Assembly: GCA_964016885.1 (NCBI GenBank)
Contig: OZ024743.1
Span: 111,166,001-111,230,000 of the forward strand
Direction: 5' to 3'
Source: Eledone cirrhosa
Lineage: Eukaryota
DNA: 64,000 bases
Made by a program: the position numbers and the translations under genes. The notes beneath the pieces were generated by a model that was not told where the DNA came from, searched no databases, and saw only the letters and a program-made list of their open reading frames with translations. Below, in pieces: positions 41,897 through 56,760 of the stretch. Numbering within the stretch: position 1 is the first letter of the stretch; every line of letters begins with the position of its first letter.

Positions 41897-42195
41897 AATT
41901 GCAAGTTTCAAGAATTATTAGATAACATATACCCAGACAGTCCTCTCCCTACCCCGTAGAAATCAACCAGATAAATAATCATTTATACAAAGGGTAAAAG
42001 TTTGAAATGTAACTATGAAGAAATAATAGACAAATGATATACACTATTTTCCGCGAGGAACAGTCAGATAAAATGTATCTAGTCATTCCTTTTAGCCCGT
42101 TACCTCGTTTAAATGATTATTTATCTCGTTGATTTCCACGGACTAGGGTGAAGAATGTCTGGGTATATTTTATCTAATAATTTTTCAAACTTGCA

Positions 42196-42198
<3 letters not shown>
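41897..42198. repeat. Inverted repeat, about 100-bp arms and 100-bp spacer, beside (TA)n
   Basis: aattgcaagttt..ttattagataa.atatacccagaca / tgtctgggtatattttatctaataa..aaacttgcaatt. Confidence 0.8.
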
Positions 42199-42246
<48 letters not shown>

Positions 42247-42385
42247 CAATATCGGAGAAAGCTTTTTAGCGATACTCCGGCCAAATTCCAACTCACTCAA
42301 CAAACATTAGGAAATAAGCGATTATATTCCCAATTATGTGTTCGGGTTAGGGGTGCTAAATAAAAGTATTGCGTGGAAAATTGGC

Positions 42386-42494
<109 letters not shown>

Positions 42495-42552
42495 TGTATA
42501 CATATACAGAGCGAGAAGGGGCTGAGAACGAGAAAGAGCTAGACATATATAA

Positions 42553-42590
<38 letters not shown>

Positions 42591-43053
42591 TGCTCTTTCG
42601 CGTTTCCCTATAAATATAGAAAAAAAAAATATATATATATACAGTTAAATTGTTTGTGCTTGTGAGCATGTATATTTGATTATACACATTCTGGCATTCA
42701 ATCTTTCCTATATATACCGATGTATATATTTGCAGCGAACGTATTTAATGGAATATATATATACAGATAGGGAGTAAGAAAGGCAAATAAACCGAGAGAA
42801 AAGACGTGAAAGTTAGAGAGCGGGTGACTATATACAATAAATATATACATAAATCAAAGCTTTCATTAACATAATCATCTCCAGAATCTCTGTCAACTTA
42901 TTTAAAATGTCTAGACAAAAAAATATGGCATTGTCATTAAAATAGAATTAAAAACCTACAACATATAAAAACTAACGGAAATTTCAATTGTATTAATGGC
43001 AATGGTGTTAATGATGATTTGGAAGATATGTAGTAGTAGTAGTATTAGTAACG

Positions 43054-43172
43054 ATCTGAGTTCAAATCCCGCCGAGGTTGACTTTGCCTTTCATCCTTAC
43101 GGGGTCGATACAATAAAGTACCAGTAATGCACTGGGTTATTGCTGGCCTTGTGCCTAAAGTAGAAACAAGTA
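43054..43172 (+). mobile_element. 5'-truncated SINE
   Basis: ctgagttcaaatcccgccgagg...gtagaaacaa running into (TAG)n. Confidence 0.8.
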
Positions 43173-43315
43173 TTAGTAGTAGTAGTAGTAGGAGGAGGAG
43201 GAGGAGTAGTGGTGGTGGTGGTGTTGGTGGTGGTGGTGGTGGTGGTGGCGGCGGTGGTGGTGGTGGTGGAGGCGGTGGTGGTGGTGGTAGTAGAAGTAGT
43301 AGTAGCAGCAGCAGA

Positions 43316-43347
<32 letters not shown>

Positions 43348-43370
43348 TAGTAGTAACAGAAGCAGCAGTT

Positions 43371-43436
<66 letters not shown>

Positions 43437-43546
43437 ATGGTGGTGGTGATGGTGGTAGTGTTGGTGGTGGAGGTGGTGGTGGTGGTGGTGGTGGTGGTGG
43501 TAGTGGTGGTGGAGGTGGTGGTGGTGGTGGTAGTAGCAGCAGCAGA

Positions 43547-43594
<48 letters not shown>

Positions 43595-43673
43595 GGTGGT
43601 GGTGGTGGTGGTGGTGATGGTGGCGGTGATAGTGGTGGTAGTAAGAGTAGTAGTAGCAGCAGCAGAATCAGCA

Positions 43674-43730
<57 letters not shown>

Positions 43731-43769
43731 ACATAAGCAGCAGTATCAGCAGCAGTATTAGTAGTAGTT

Positions 43770-43813
<44 letters not shown>

Positions 43814-43869
43814 GGTGGTGGTGGAGGTGGTGGTGGCGGTGGTGGTGGTTTATGGTGGTGGTGGTGGCG

Positions 43870-43918
<49 letters not shown>

Positions 43919-44216
43919 CAGCAGTAGTAGTAGTAGTATGATGATGGAGGGGGCGGAACGTGCAGAAGCTTAAGTTGATGTTAGTGGTATTGGTGGCTAT
44001 GCTGGTTGATGATGATGATGATGATGATGATTGTAATCATATTGCTGTTGATAAAAAAATGTTAGTAGTGATATGCTGGTGATGATGATGATGGTGATGA
44101 TCGTGATGCTGATGATGGTGCAGTTAATGATTGGTTGATGATGATAATATTAGTGATAATTATGATGGGGATCAGGATCATGGAGATCATTATAATCATG
44201 AGGTGTATGATGTTGT

Positions 44217-44274
<58 letters not shown>
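43172..44274. repeat. Compound trinucleotide array (GTA/GGT/GCA then GAT)
   Basis: Direct; explains the poly-S/G/V/L/P/D/M ORFs. Confidence 0.96.
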
Positions 44275-44275
<1 letters not shown>

Positions 44276-44572
44276 GTCAAAATGCCATTCTTCACGTTTG
44301 TCACGAATTGGCGTTTTATTGCAGCTGAGCGTTCTGAAGAATCCACACAGCAAACATAATATGATGATTTCTGTTGGCTGCGCAATGAGGCATGAACGCT
44401 ACTATTCGAGCAAACGGCGTCTAACAGCAGTCATTAGCCATGACACCGAGCGCCAATGATGCGAAACGAAAGACGACAAATGGAATCAAGAGGAAATGAT
44501 AGGGTGTGATTTTTTCATGTACTTTTATTAGGTTTTCCTCGAATATATATATGCATGTATACATATATATAT

Positions 44573-44710
<138 letters not shown>

Positions 44711-44804
44711 ATGTATGTGTGTATGTATGTGTGTGTGTGTGTGCGTGTGTGTGGGTGTGTGAGTGTGTGTGTATGTAAGCTATACATAAATATTTATATA
44801 CTTG

Positions 44805-44843
<39 letters not shown>

Positions 44844-46313
44844 AGAGAGGAGGAAGATGTGTGTCTATGTAAGAGTATGATTTTAGTTTTCATTTATTTA
44901 GTTTTTACTTTAGTGGCAATGCTTTAACGGTTACCCGTTAGATATGGATCAACGATATAAGTGCCTAATTAAAAGAATTTTTCTGACAATATTTTGGGAT
45001 AATAGCTGTGGTGGTAACAGTGGTGAATGTAAAAGTGTTATCAAAAATGCATACTCCCATATTACTACTGATCGCTATCATTGATTTTAACATTAAATTT
45101 ATTTGTTTTATTGGAGATTGTGTTGTTGCCAATGGTATTTTGTTATGGTATTCTACAATAAGAATGGGAAAAGTGTATTAGTGCTGGGTGTGATGATTAT
45201 GTTGTTGTTGTTTTCTTCTTAAAGATAATAGATCAACCAGAATCTTTGTATGTGTGAAGCTACAGAGGTCTACGTCTTCTTATCTGTGATTCCCTATCTC
45301 TATGGCCTGATGTGTGCTTGCAAAAAAATGTTAGTCACTTTATTCCAACCCACTCAGCTGGTAATACAAAAATGAGAAATATCTGCAATTCCTAAAACAC
45401 TTCGTCAAACATTGTATCACGGGGAATCTTCATGAGAGATAAGTTCAAAATGCATGCATCTATAAAATGCTCTGAAACTTGCGTTGTAATTTCTTGTGCA
45501 TGTTGTTCTGTTGATCAATTTAAATGTCACACCCGTTGTTGGAATCGATGTAGGTCTTAAAACAATATAAAATATATACATGTACCTGATTTGCCACATG
45601 TGACTGATTTGTACTCGGACACAAAGAAAAAGATAATGTCGATAGTATATTATACACGAACTCAGTCTATTTGTTAGTGTCGAGTAAAACTGTCATTTAT
45701 TTTATTAAAGAAAAAATGTTGAAGGAACTGTATCTTTGATCTAATTTGTAACTACTGTCAATGATTAGAACAGTGGAGTCTAATAAATTAACACATTTTC
45801 CTACATCTTATATTTCATATTGTATTCTATCTTTGTTGATCTCAAACAATAAACCTCAACCAACAGATTATAAGTTCTGTTTATATCTTTGTGGCAATTA
45901 CATATCTAAAGGTTGATAAATATTTGATTCAAATTCAAGGCAACTGCGACAGATAAATTACGAAAAGAAAGACATTTTAGACCGCTACATAACGTCATGA
46001 ACCTGTATAGATATACGTTTTACTAAGAGAAATTCGAAGAGGTAATAATGATATACGTATTTCGTATTGTAATGTTATTAATTTGTAATTTGTGCTTTAT
46101 TATCAATTTTATAGTAGAGTGAAGATATGTCTATATACTGTCGTAGTTTATTCGATGTTTTACGGTCATGTAAACCTGTATTAAGAATTCTCATAAAAAA
46201 TGCATAGACATGCGTTAATTAAGTGGTACCTAAATTTATCTTGTTATATATATATGTGAGTGTGTGTGTGCGTGTGCGTGTGCGTGTGCGTGTGCGTGGG
46301 TGGGTGGGTGTGT

Positions 46314-46407
<94 letters not shown>

Positions 46408-46619
46408 TGAGTGCGTGTGTGTGTTTGAAATCATTGCTGATAATTTCATACGAATGAAACTATACATCTCCTGTAAAAATCAGTTTTATATCAAATCGAA
46501 ATGTTTATTATCTACTAACAGTTTAAGTACAATATGTGGTTGTTTCCAGATCCATATCGACGGGAAACCGTCCTTAATTATATATATATATATACAACAT
46601 ATAACATTTACAATTATAT

Positions 46620-46740
46620 AACATTTACAACGACCAATTCGTTTGACATGGAACAATTTCTCGCATTCGTTGTCACTCTCTCTCAAATCTATTTCTTTCT
46701 CTGACTATCTGACTATATATATACGTATATATATATATAT

Positions 46741-46827
<87 letters not shown>

Positions 46828-46918
46828 AAATAGTCAGAGAAAGAAATAGATTTGAGAGAGAGTGACAACGAATGCGAGAAATTGTTCCATGTCAAACGAA
46901 TTGGTCGTTGTAAATGTT
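46620..46918. repeat. Near-perfect inverted duplication centred on (TA)n
   Basis: 46620-46713 is the reverse complement of 46825-46918 with one visible mismatch. Confidence 0.92.
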
Positions 46919-47929
46919 GCCGTGTCCTCTTAATATATTTCAATTTTGCGTCGAATTATTCATCGTAATATTTGTTTAAATACTTTTTTGCCATTAGCTA
47001 TAGAAATAGAAACATTGAAACTACATTCTTTCTTGTGTTGTTGCCAACGCGCAAGAATTTATTTAAAATTATTTTCATTCTGCCCATCCGTTTCTTTTTA
47101 TTTCTTCCCTCCAACAAAGTTTGGGGATATTTGAATCCCTATACTTTTTATAAATATATTTTGTGTCTATTAATTTGATTCAAATTCAACAACATCGGAA
47201 ATAACGAAGAAGCAGCTAAACTATAGAACGTAACACATAAAGCTTAACAAAGAAAATTGGAGATATTATTCAATGCCTGCACAAAGCTTTCGAAAATACC
47301 CCAAAGGTTATATCTCTATATAAAATATAATTCTTTTTATGTAAATACATACACACATTATTAGACACCCACACCACCTACACATACATCTATATATAAA
47401 CACATTTAGACACACTCGTACTCACACTGACACACACACGCACGCATATATATGTATGTGTGTTTGTGTATATATATATATATATATATATGGGTGTGTG
47501 TGTGTGTGCGTGTGTGTGTGTATAACAAAACAAAGGAAATTGTAAAATACATCATAGAATGACATTATATGAGGGGGGAATTAAGTAATGTCAACTTAAC
47601 CCAGTAGACTAAAACAGTTGACAAACGGTTTGGAAGGAAATATGCCTTAACATTTGTCAAGGTAAAATTGAAAATGAAAATGAGGAATGCATCATATTGT
47701 GTTTTTACGCGGTCAACTAGCGTACAGAGGTTCTCAGAAAGGGTAACGATTCCATATATAAGCTAATCAGGAATATATACAAATGTAAGAAGGAAATATA
47801 AGCCAAATAATATATGACTTGCCAATACAAAACACCTGACAAAACAAAATATATGTGCGCTACAATCTAAAACTATAATTTTCTACAGCAGTTGATTAAA
47901 GCAATATTTTGCACCACCCTTAATATATT

Positions 47930-48200
47930 AGGGTAGATTCAACGTATTGGCAGAGCGTCCGACGAAATGCTTTTCAGCATATTGTTATGGCCCTTTACGT
48001 TCTCAATTTAAATCATTCCGAGGTTAGTTTTGTCTTTCAGATAAAATCTTACTAGAAATATAGCATACAGTTATTGCCCTTTACGCGTGCACATCCCACC
48101 AAGGTTAACTTTGACTTTTATCATTACGGTGTCTCTAAAATAAAGCACAAGTAATGCACTACGGTAATTTCTGGCCTTGTGCCTAAAGTAGAAACAATTA
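47930..48200 (+). mobile_element. Two degenerate SINE fragments in tandem
   Basis: aggttagttttgtctttca and aggttaactttgactttt..ggccttgtgcctaaagtagaaacaa. Confidence 0.65.
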
Positions 48201-48494
48201 TTAGCAGTCTTATTTTTATTGTATGTTGTCACTGCCTTAAAGATTACAACTATCGAATTCTTTGGAGTATTCAACGTTTACTTTGTGTTATTATTTCTAC
48301 TGTATTGGGAGAATTTTTTTAATAAGTTTGCAGTGCCTGGTAGTGCTATTTTTTGTAGGAGATGTATATTTCTAAATAACGTGTATTTGGCTATATCTCT
48401 ATCCGTCTTTGGATGTTTTTTTAATCATTTCTAGAGGACCTATTGCTATAGGTATTGTCTCATTTATCATCATCAACGTTAGGGTTATTTCAAA

Positions 48495-49440
48495 CTAGCA
48501 GCAGGACCCGGCGTTGAAAGGGGTAGCAAACGTGAAATAGCAACACGCATATGCAAAGATTGAGGAATGTAGCTGTGCACATTTTTAATTACCGTATTCT
48601 CAGGGAATGATTGTTCATCTACTGGAAACGTAGAACACCAGCAGGCCGAACCCACTAATAGCAGTGTCAATGGGCTGATTGCGGAAATCCTGTATGCGAA
48701 AGGAGTAAGTAAGTGTTGTGGGGCGATGTATGTCGTAAGTCTGTTCGCGAATTACGTCACGGATGGGGTACACACGTCAGTCTGATTGAGCGAGGTTGTC
48801 AATTGTGTGAAAACCAAGTAGGGATATACGTTTAAGTAGGGATATTGAGATGACGAAATCAGCATGGCAACGCAGCTGCAGCAGAAGGGGGGGGGGGGGG
48901 GTAGTGTGCAATTAGCACAAACTCTGAGCGGCACTGGTTACAGATTTGCGCATGATGAAAGCAAGGGGCGCCGACAAAAATTTCAAGGTCGTCATCATTT
49001 CTTCAATCCCCCGAAAATGGTCCTGCTTAAAGGTAAGTAAGTGTTGTGTCCTTTGTTAAATGAACCACATTTTTAACGAAATAGTATACGCTACTTACGA
49101 TGTTTAAGTAGCGTTTATATTGAAAATGAAAACGGCATGCAATGCACAATGGTAATTCGTAAATTTCCAAGAAACCACAGTAATGCGAGGGGACTATATA
49201 ATGTGTGCTGCAAATTTAGAGGAAATCGGCTGGATTGTATTTAAGTTACACCTCAAAAAAGCCTAAACATGCCTTTAAAATGCGGTTTTTTGCCTAATGT
49301 CTAGGGAAGAAAAAGTTAAAATTAAAGAAATATAAGTAACGCATGACTAAAGTTTGAAAAAAATCGGTCGAGTTCTTCTCGAGTTTTAGGGATTTACATA
49401 GACAGACAGGCAAACATCCTCTCTTTGATATATATAGAGA
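48495..49440 (-). mobile_element. Non-autonomous Helitron
   Basis: Minus strand starts TCtctatatatatc and ends acccc..gccgggt + ctgctgCTAG; A/T target site. Confidence 0.8.
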
Positions 49441-50289
49441 TTACACCAAAGACTCAGACAGTTCATATTTTACTTAATCACTCTATCATTCTGAAACTAT
49501 AATCCCCGAATATCGTTGCACTCCTATCCCTCTGTATTCCTTTATAAGACGCATACATGCTCTTACCAATTTTCGATTAATTATATTGTTATTTTCAACA
49601 TAACAGCCAATAAAGGTACAATCACACATTTGTTCTCTTTTTGCGCATGGCTCTCAGTTCCATTTACAGAGAGGGTTAAATTATGACACCTCTTCGAAAA
49701 TACTTCCTATCCGTGTTCAATCAATGAGAGAAAAATCAAACTTGGCTTTAGGGTCCCAGAGCTCCGTAAAATATCATTAAATTTTTCGTTTTTCTGTCCA
49801 AGTTTGATTTTTCTCTCAGTCCACCCGAAAATGGACACACTACATCTAATTACGACACCTGCCCTGATATCTTTCGTAGTGACTAAATTCCTCCAGTTCA
49901 GGTTTGCTTTTAAAATCACTTTTACTCTTTTTAAATATATCTCTAGACTTTTTTTTTGTGTCTTCACGTAAACTATCATCGAGGCCTAAAATACCCAAAT
50001 ACTTGTATCAACTATCTTCCGATCCCCCATCGTTTCTTCCGATAACAGCCGTAATCCACTACACAATTTTTCCATATGTTCATATTCAGCACAGAGAATT
50101 TGGAAATCCCAAATTCCATACAAATATTAAAGATACATAGATACAAACAATTTTCTGATTTTCAGACTTCCCAGACATTTTTAGGTCATTCATAAACACA
50201 ATTCTATAAACCATTCTTTTTTTTTTTTCCAAATTTGTAAACCATTTTAACTTTCCTAGTGTCAGTGTTATAAGTAACAGTGACGTGGC

Positions 50290-50846
50290 ACATAATACTT
50301 GTTTCTACTTTTGGCACAAAATGGTTTCTTATTTAGGCACAAGGCCAATACTTTGGGAGGAAGGGAAATTTGATTAAATCGATCCCAATGATACACTGCT
50401 TCTGCATTTAATCGACTCGTTAAGAATGAAAGGCAAAGCTAGCCTCAACGAGATTTGAACTGAGACATAAAAAGCCGTACCTCTAAGTCGCGAAGTATAT
50501 TAATGGCTAATAGTAAAAATGAAATTAAGTTATCTTGGGAAATTCCACATTTAATTTCAACTTAGCCTTCCATTCTAGCATACGATTCAACATTCCAAGA
50601 ATGAGACGCCATATTATATGCCTTATTGAAGTCACTCCAGGCAATCTACATATTTGTATTATTGTTTCTACATTTGGCACAAGACCAGCAATTATCCCAG
50701 TGTATTACTGGTACTTCATTTTATCGACCCCGTAAGGATGAAAGGCTAGTTTAACCTCGGCGGGATTTGAACTCAGACCATAAAGAGCCGTAACTCTTTG
50801 TTGCAAAGCATGGCGTCAAACCCTCTACCGATACTGCCAATCCTCT
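50290..50846 (-). mobile_element. Two SINE copies (about 50290-50500 and 50660-50846)
   Basis: Family core gatgaaaggc..cctc..cg.gatttgaact; the second copy closely matches 6451-6637. Confidence 0.8.
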
Positions 50847-53339
50847 GGTATAATGTTTTGTACGATGCCACAAATCTGTCGTGCATACACTTAGATCTTA
50901 ATATACATCCGTTTTCTTCCCTTAATAATATTCCTTCCTGCAATAAAAAGCATATGACTTCTCTGTGAATACCCCAGAAATTGTCTTCGATATTATGATC
51001 AGGCAGCTCTAGGACGGTAGCTTCTTACAACATTCCCCTTACGACTAACTTTAATATAAGTGATGTTCTTCCCGTTAGCAGCCAACAGGTAACTGAAACT
51101 CTCCGAGCACGTTAATCCAATTAAGTTAGCAGCATTTCAGAAAAAGCGTTGCATTATTTTAACCAAAAGCTGTTGATCCATTCTGGACCAGGAGCTAAAC
51201 AGTTTATTAAATAGGTCACTTGATATTTCATATCGACTGTGCCTATCGTAACATCTTTTTGTCTATTAACTCCGCATCCATTCTATTGTTTCCCTATAGT
51301 TCATTCTAGAATTACATGGCTTGGTGAACATTAATAAAAATGATCCTATATATGCGCGTGTGTATGTCATAGAGAAAGGGATGCTTAGATAGTTTGAAAT
51401 ATTAATTAACAAAGAGAAAACTTTCTGTAGAGAATTTTAGGTATATAATGAAATATATAAATAATTATATTGATTCACGATTACAACGGAACTAGTATCC
51501 TGTTAAAAGATTACAGAATATACAGATTTATGTATAAAGGCAGTTATAGAAGAATATGTATAAGATAAATTGACACATATTTATCAACAGCAATGGTTAT
51601 ATAACGATACTAATGTTAGATGCACACATATATATATATACATAAACATATATATGTGTGTGCGCGCGCGCGTGTGTGTATGTGTGTAGATATATAGTTA
51701 GTGAGTGAGTGAGTGAGAGCATGATAAAATGAGACTTAAACCTAGAAATGTAATATTCAGATAAATGTTGATTTATGCTGCAGTGAGATCTAATTAGAAA
51801 CGTCTGCTCAAAATACTATTAATATGGGTGAGTGTGCCCTTTATATAACAATGTGGTTGAGTTAGTGTACATGTTCATTTCTTTGACCATTTAGCTTTGC
51901 AACAAACTATACTTGGTTTCATAGAAATAAGTTAATGTCACCTTCGCCATGCACAGGGAATGAATAAAAGGACGCACTGAAGATTATGATTTATGTATAC
52001 ATGAATAGAATTTGTATAGATAGAGTTTTAGAACAGTTGACAGTCAAGAATTGCTTGAATGAATCGATGAGAAAATGTGGCCATGAATAGCAGCGATAAG
52101 AAGATATGAAATAATATTTGGATCGAATCTAGGGCAACATATTATGGCGTTCTTTCTTTTATTGTATTCAATCCATTGTAATTTTTGTACTTCCTTGTTT
52201 CTATGTAATGTGTTGTACATGTCTTCGTTTCTAAAGATATTCTATAGAAGCAGAAATCGATTTTTATAGATGCAGTAACCTATGAACTGACATGAAATTT
52301 GTTTTGTATATAAATAAGCCTAAACTGAACTACCTGTGTTTATATACAGATATACAAATGCATATAAACACACCCATAAACACACTCATATACACACGCA
52401 TACGTATATGTATGGGTGTCTGTAGTTATATCCGGTGCGACAGCTGCACAAGTACAAGCATACGGGTACATACATATATGCATACATTTTGATATTATGG
52501 ACGTCGCTCACTTGTGTCTAAAGCAGGCTATCACTGAGTCTAATGTCAGCAATAACCGAGCAGACTTTTATGTCCAACAAGGATATCACACCATAACATA
52601 GACTATCTCTACCCCTTAAACTGATCTGGTTTCAATAATTTTCACAATATCGGGCCGCTGCGTCTTCAGCTGGTGCTTAAGATTTTGAAAATCACCAAAT
52701 CCATTCTCTGTACAACAGGATTTATATCAAAGGGACATTCATCTAGTGACATATTTTAAAGAATAGAAAGTGGTAGCTTAATTTCAAAGCCGTTATATTT
52801 CAACGGACACCAGCGCAGAATTCCGAGGTCATCATACAGATACTATTTATTCTAATATAAATGCATCTACAACATTCGCTATTTTGACAGGTATTGTATA
52901 TATTCGGCTATGTTACAAGAAAGCAACAATGTAATATTTCCACTGAAACACGTTACAATGTGTTGTCACGTGTGGCTTCACATATATTGGATTAATGCAT
53001 ACATGCACACATAAATACATATATGCTTTACATACATAAATACATCAATAGATACATACATACATTTCCAAAACTTCTGCAATATATTAACTGCATATAT
53101 AAACATATCCAGATACAAAACATGTATATATGCATAGATATAACTCAAAACATAAACATACACACATACAATAACATCCATACCTGTAGTCACATGCACG
53201 CATGCAGACATTCATACGTATCTACGTAGTTGATGCCTATATTCCAATGAAAGTGGTTTATGTCTATGTTAGAAACCGACACTTTCTCTATTGGTAAAAA
53301 ATAATAAAATTATGAAACCAGAAGAACATACATACTTAT

Positions 53340-53630
53340 AGGCACTCCAAAGGTTACGATGACGAATGTTCCAGTTGATCCGATCAACGAAACAACCTGC
53401 TCGTGGATGAGAGTTCCACAGTCACGCGTACCCTTTACGTAGTTCTCAGGTAGATTTAATGTGACAAGGATGGTCCTTCGAACTAGAGGTTCAACTTATT
53501 TCAGCAAGCCGAGTGGATTAGAGCAACGAGAAATAAAATTCCATGCGCAAGGAAACAACGCGCCGCTGGAATTGAACACAAGATCTTACGATTGTGATCT
53601 AAATAACCTAACCGCAAATCACTTGCCTTC
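53340..53630. repeat. Dispersed repeat, second SINE-like family, with (CATA)n tail
   Basis: Similarity to 37745-37990; (CATA)n at 53648-53694. Confidence 0.6.
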
Positions 53631-53664
53631 ACTATATTCGTACATCCATACATACATACATACA

Positions 53665-53696
<32 letters not shown>

Positions 53697-55679
53697 ATCA
53701 AACAAACAGCCAGAAAGTCAGTCAGATTGACAGATTGACACAAATGTTTAGTAGCACACAATATAGGTACATATTTGTGTATAAACAGTATACACTTCAT
53801 TGTTTAGCTAGGGATACCAAATTAGAAATGAGCCATTGCTCATATATCTATAAACCCAATCATAATAGTGGCCAAAACTAAATAATATCATTGTTTGCAT
53901 ACACAAAGGACTAACATTAAAGAGTTTTATTACATTTTTGCTTTATGTTTCTTTTCTTAAATCCCGTTATATGGGCATAATCTAAACTATTTTGTACATG
54001 ACCCTTAATTGATTTGTAGAAAAAATACTTTATTGGTTCGACAAAATGAGTGGAAATTTCGAAAGTCATTTACAGCATAGCTTCGCACGACACAAACATT
54101 GTGAACACAATCTGGTAGATGTAATGTATGGTGAATCCAATATGGTAAAAAAAAATCCCAACGCTTCTTTAACATCACAATCTGAAAACGGATGCTTTTC
54201 ATGGAATCCTCTTTCATGCACACATCCATATCTACTGTTCGTGAATCAGAATTTCTTCATTCCGTTAATCAATTATTGTTAGGGGCTCGGCAAGATTTCA
54301 CAGTCACTGACTTTCCTCCGCTGAGTTGTAAGACGTTATTATGTTTGTTATTAAATTTGAAAGAATATTTGATAAACTGAAAGAGGCACTCTTTCCACAC
54401 ACCGATTCTAAATATACAAATTCCTAAACCAATTTGACATTATAGTAAAGTATCCCGAGATCAGAGATCCATGTCGTAATAAACTGATCTATAAGCATTC
54501 TCATTTTCCATTGAGAAACAGACTTTAACCTCTGGCTTTTTTTCAATTGAGAGAGAAAAAAACATCATTTAAAATTACGATCAGGTTAACTAACCTGAGC
54601 TTCCTGAGACTTAGGCTGACGTTAGTTGGCAAGAGTTTGACCGTTTCATTTCGAGAACTGCATTTAAGTTAGGAAATCCATCAATCTTGTTGTTATTGTT
54701 TTTCTCTTCATTTCCCTTTCTCCGTGTACAGCACCGAAAACAATATGGCATGGCGAAGCCTGCAAACATATTATACAAGAAATGTTTGGAGATGACTCAA
54801 TAGAGAGGCGAGAAAGACAGATAAAAAACTGCAAAATCTAAACAACAAAACTAAATTTAGATGAACACGTACAAATTAAAACGAAATAGAAAATAAAAAC
54901 AAGTCACTCTTAACGAAGTTTTATATAAAAAAATATAGAAAACATAACATGTACACAATAAATTATAACAAGATAAAATATATATAACTTGGGAAAAACG
55001 CTTGTAAATAAATATATAAAAGAAAAATATTGGAGCAAGGGAGAGTATAATGGAAATTAAATCCTCCAACAATGATGGAATCGGGGTCTAGCATTTAGGT
55101 TAAAGGCTACACGCTAGTTTTCCACCATGATGAATGTTGTTCAGCAACATTTAATTCTCATTGAGTTACTTTTTATTATTTTTTTACCACATGTTTAATA
55201 AAGACGTTGTTAATTTCATTTCATATACTTGCTTGTTTCTTCCACCTGAACAGATTTCCAAGCCAATATCCAAGTTGCACTAACTGATAAATTCCATTAA
55301 CATATATTTAAGCGTTAATTAAATATGCTATAGATAACCGCTTCGTTTTCTCGTTCAATATCCATAGCATTTAAACATTATTTAAACATATGCTGTGATT
55401 CGGGCGTTAACTTTTCAGCACCATCTAAAATTGCGTCTAGTAAAATTCATTTGACACCATAAAAGAATGTTTTACACATTGATAATAATTTCTTAAATAT
55501 AATCCTTCAGGTTTTTTCTTCACTATTTCATACCGTCGTTTCTGATTCCTGCACACTTAAAATTAAATTAAGTTTTGACACTTCGTTGAACGATATTTCC
55601 AGCCATATATCCATTACATAAGTTAGTAACATATATACCATATATGTATATCTATCTATCTATCAATCTCAATATATAG

Positions 55680-55712
<33 letters not shown>

Positions 55713-55716
<4 letters not shown>

Positions 55717-55905
55717 AATATGTATAATTCTGACGGCAGAGCTCAAGCCGTTTCGACGACTAGTCCAGAAATAGCCGTCGAAACGGCGTGAGCTCTGCCG
55801 TCGGAGTTAAACATTTTCCTTTACCCACTCTACTACCCTAAGTATTGAGTACTCTGGTGCATTATGGTCCATCTGGTTCCTTACCACGCTTCTTTCATTG
55901 TATGT
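55713..55905. mobile_element. Family B foldback copy
   Basis: gacggcagagctca.gccgtttcgacg / cgtcgaaacggc.tgagctctgccgtc hairpin plus shared tail. Confidence 0.85.
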
Positions 55906-55956
55906 ATTCATATATATATAACCGATTGTGTTGTTATTTCTGTTTACCTTTTGCAT

Positions 55957-56054
<98 letters not shown>

Positions 56055-56186
56055 ATAATAATAAATTGAAGACTAAAATCCAAAGAGGGCTCGACAAGGA
56101 AAATATATATCAAATATATAAGAACCGTAGAGCAAATATTTATTAAAATCTGTTATTTTAATAAATATATATATATATATATATAT

Positions 56187-56254
<68 letters not shown>

Positions 56255-56602
56255 CGAGAGAGCGTGTGATAGAGAGTGTCTCAGAGAGCGAAGGAGAAAG
56301 AGAGTAACAGAGAGCGTGTGTGTGTAAAAGAGAGAGATTCTGTGAGCAGCGGCGAGGAACGAAATCAAATGTGTGTGTGTTTCTGTATGTATAATTGTTT
56401 TTTATATTAATTAATTAGTGATCAGTTTTGTAGTTGCAAACACAGAGTAACTTTCCAAGTATGATATTGTATCAATAACTGTTACAGGTATATCCATGAT
56501 ATCTGTGTGGAATGTGTGTGTGTATGAATATATATATATATAATAGAAAAGAATGAGGAGGATTCGTTTAAATATGAAATATATTTATTTATTTCATGTC
56601 AA

Positions 56603-56674
56603 CCTGTTACGCGCGTTTCGCAGAGGATTGGCTGAAGGTGACCCATATTAGTACCGATCTGCTCCTCAGACTGG
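56603..56674 (-). ncRNA. Hammerhead ribozyme with canonical core (family C pseudo-LTR)
   Basis: Minus strand: ccagt-CTGAGGA-gcaga...tctgc-GAAA-CGCGCG-TA-acagg, then AATAAA. Stem III palindrome ACGCGCGT. Degenerate homologues at 60242-60330 (-) and 60500-60582 (+). Confidence 0.8.
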
Positions 56675-56718
56675 CGATGTGACAACAGATATATTTTGTT
56701 GTGTTATGTGAGGTGAGA

Positions 56719-56757
<39 letters not shown>

Positions 56758-56760
<3 letters not shown>

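Larger units (their letters stand above)
48210..51330 (-). mobile_element. Degenerate R4/Dong-clade LINE interrupted by a Helitron and SINEs
   Basis: Collinear motifs: LAPGPEWINSFWLK (about 51160-51200), RVKVILKANLN..RNLV..VIRCS..GWT (49800-49930), ETIPIAIGPLEMIKK..LQKIALPGTANLL (48320-48460). Confidence 0.75.

Noticed and set aside
43045-43873. Poly-Pro/Leu, Ser/Gly and Val ORFs
   Set aside because: Trinucleotide array open in several frames; no coding evidence.
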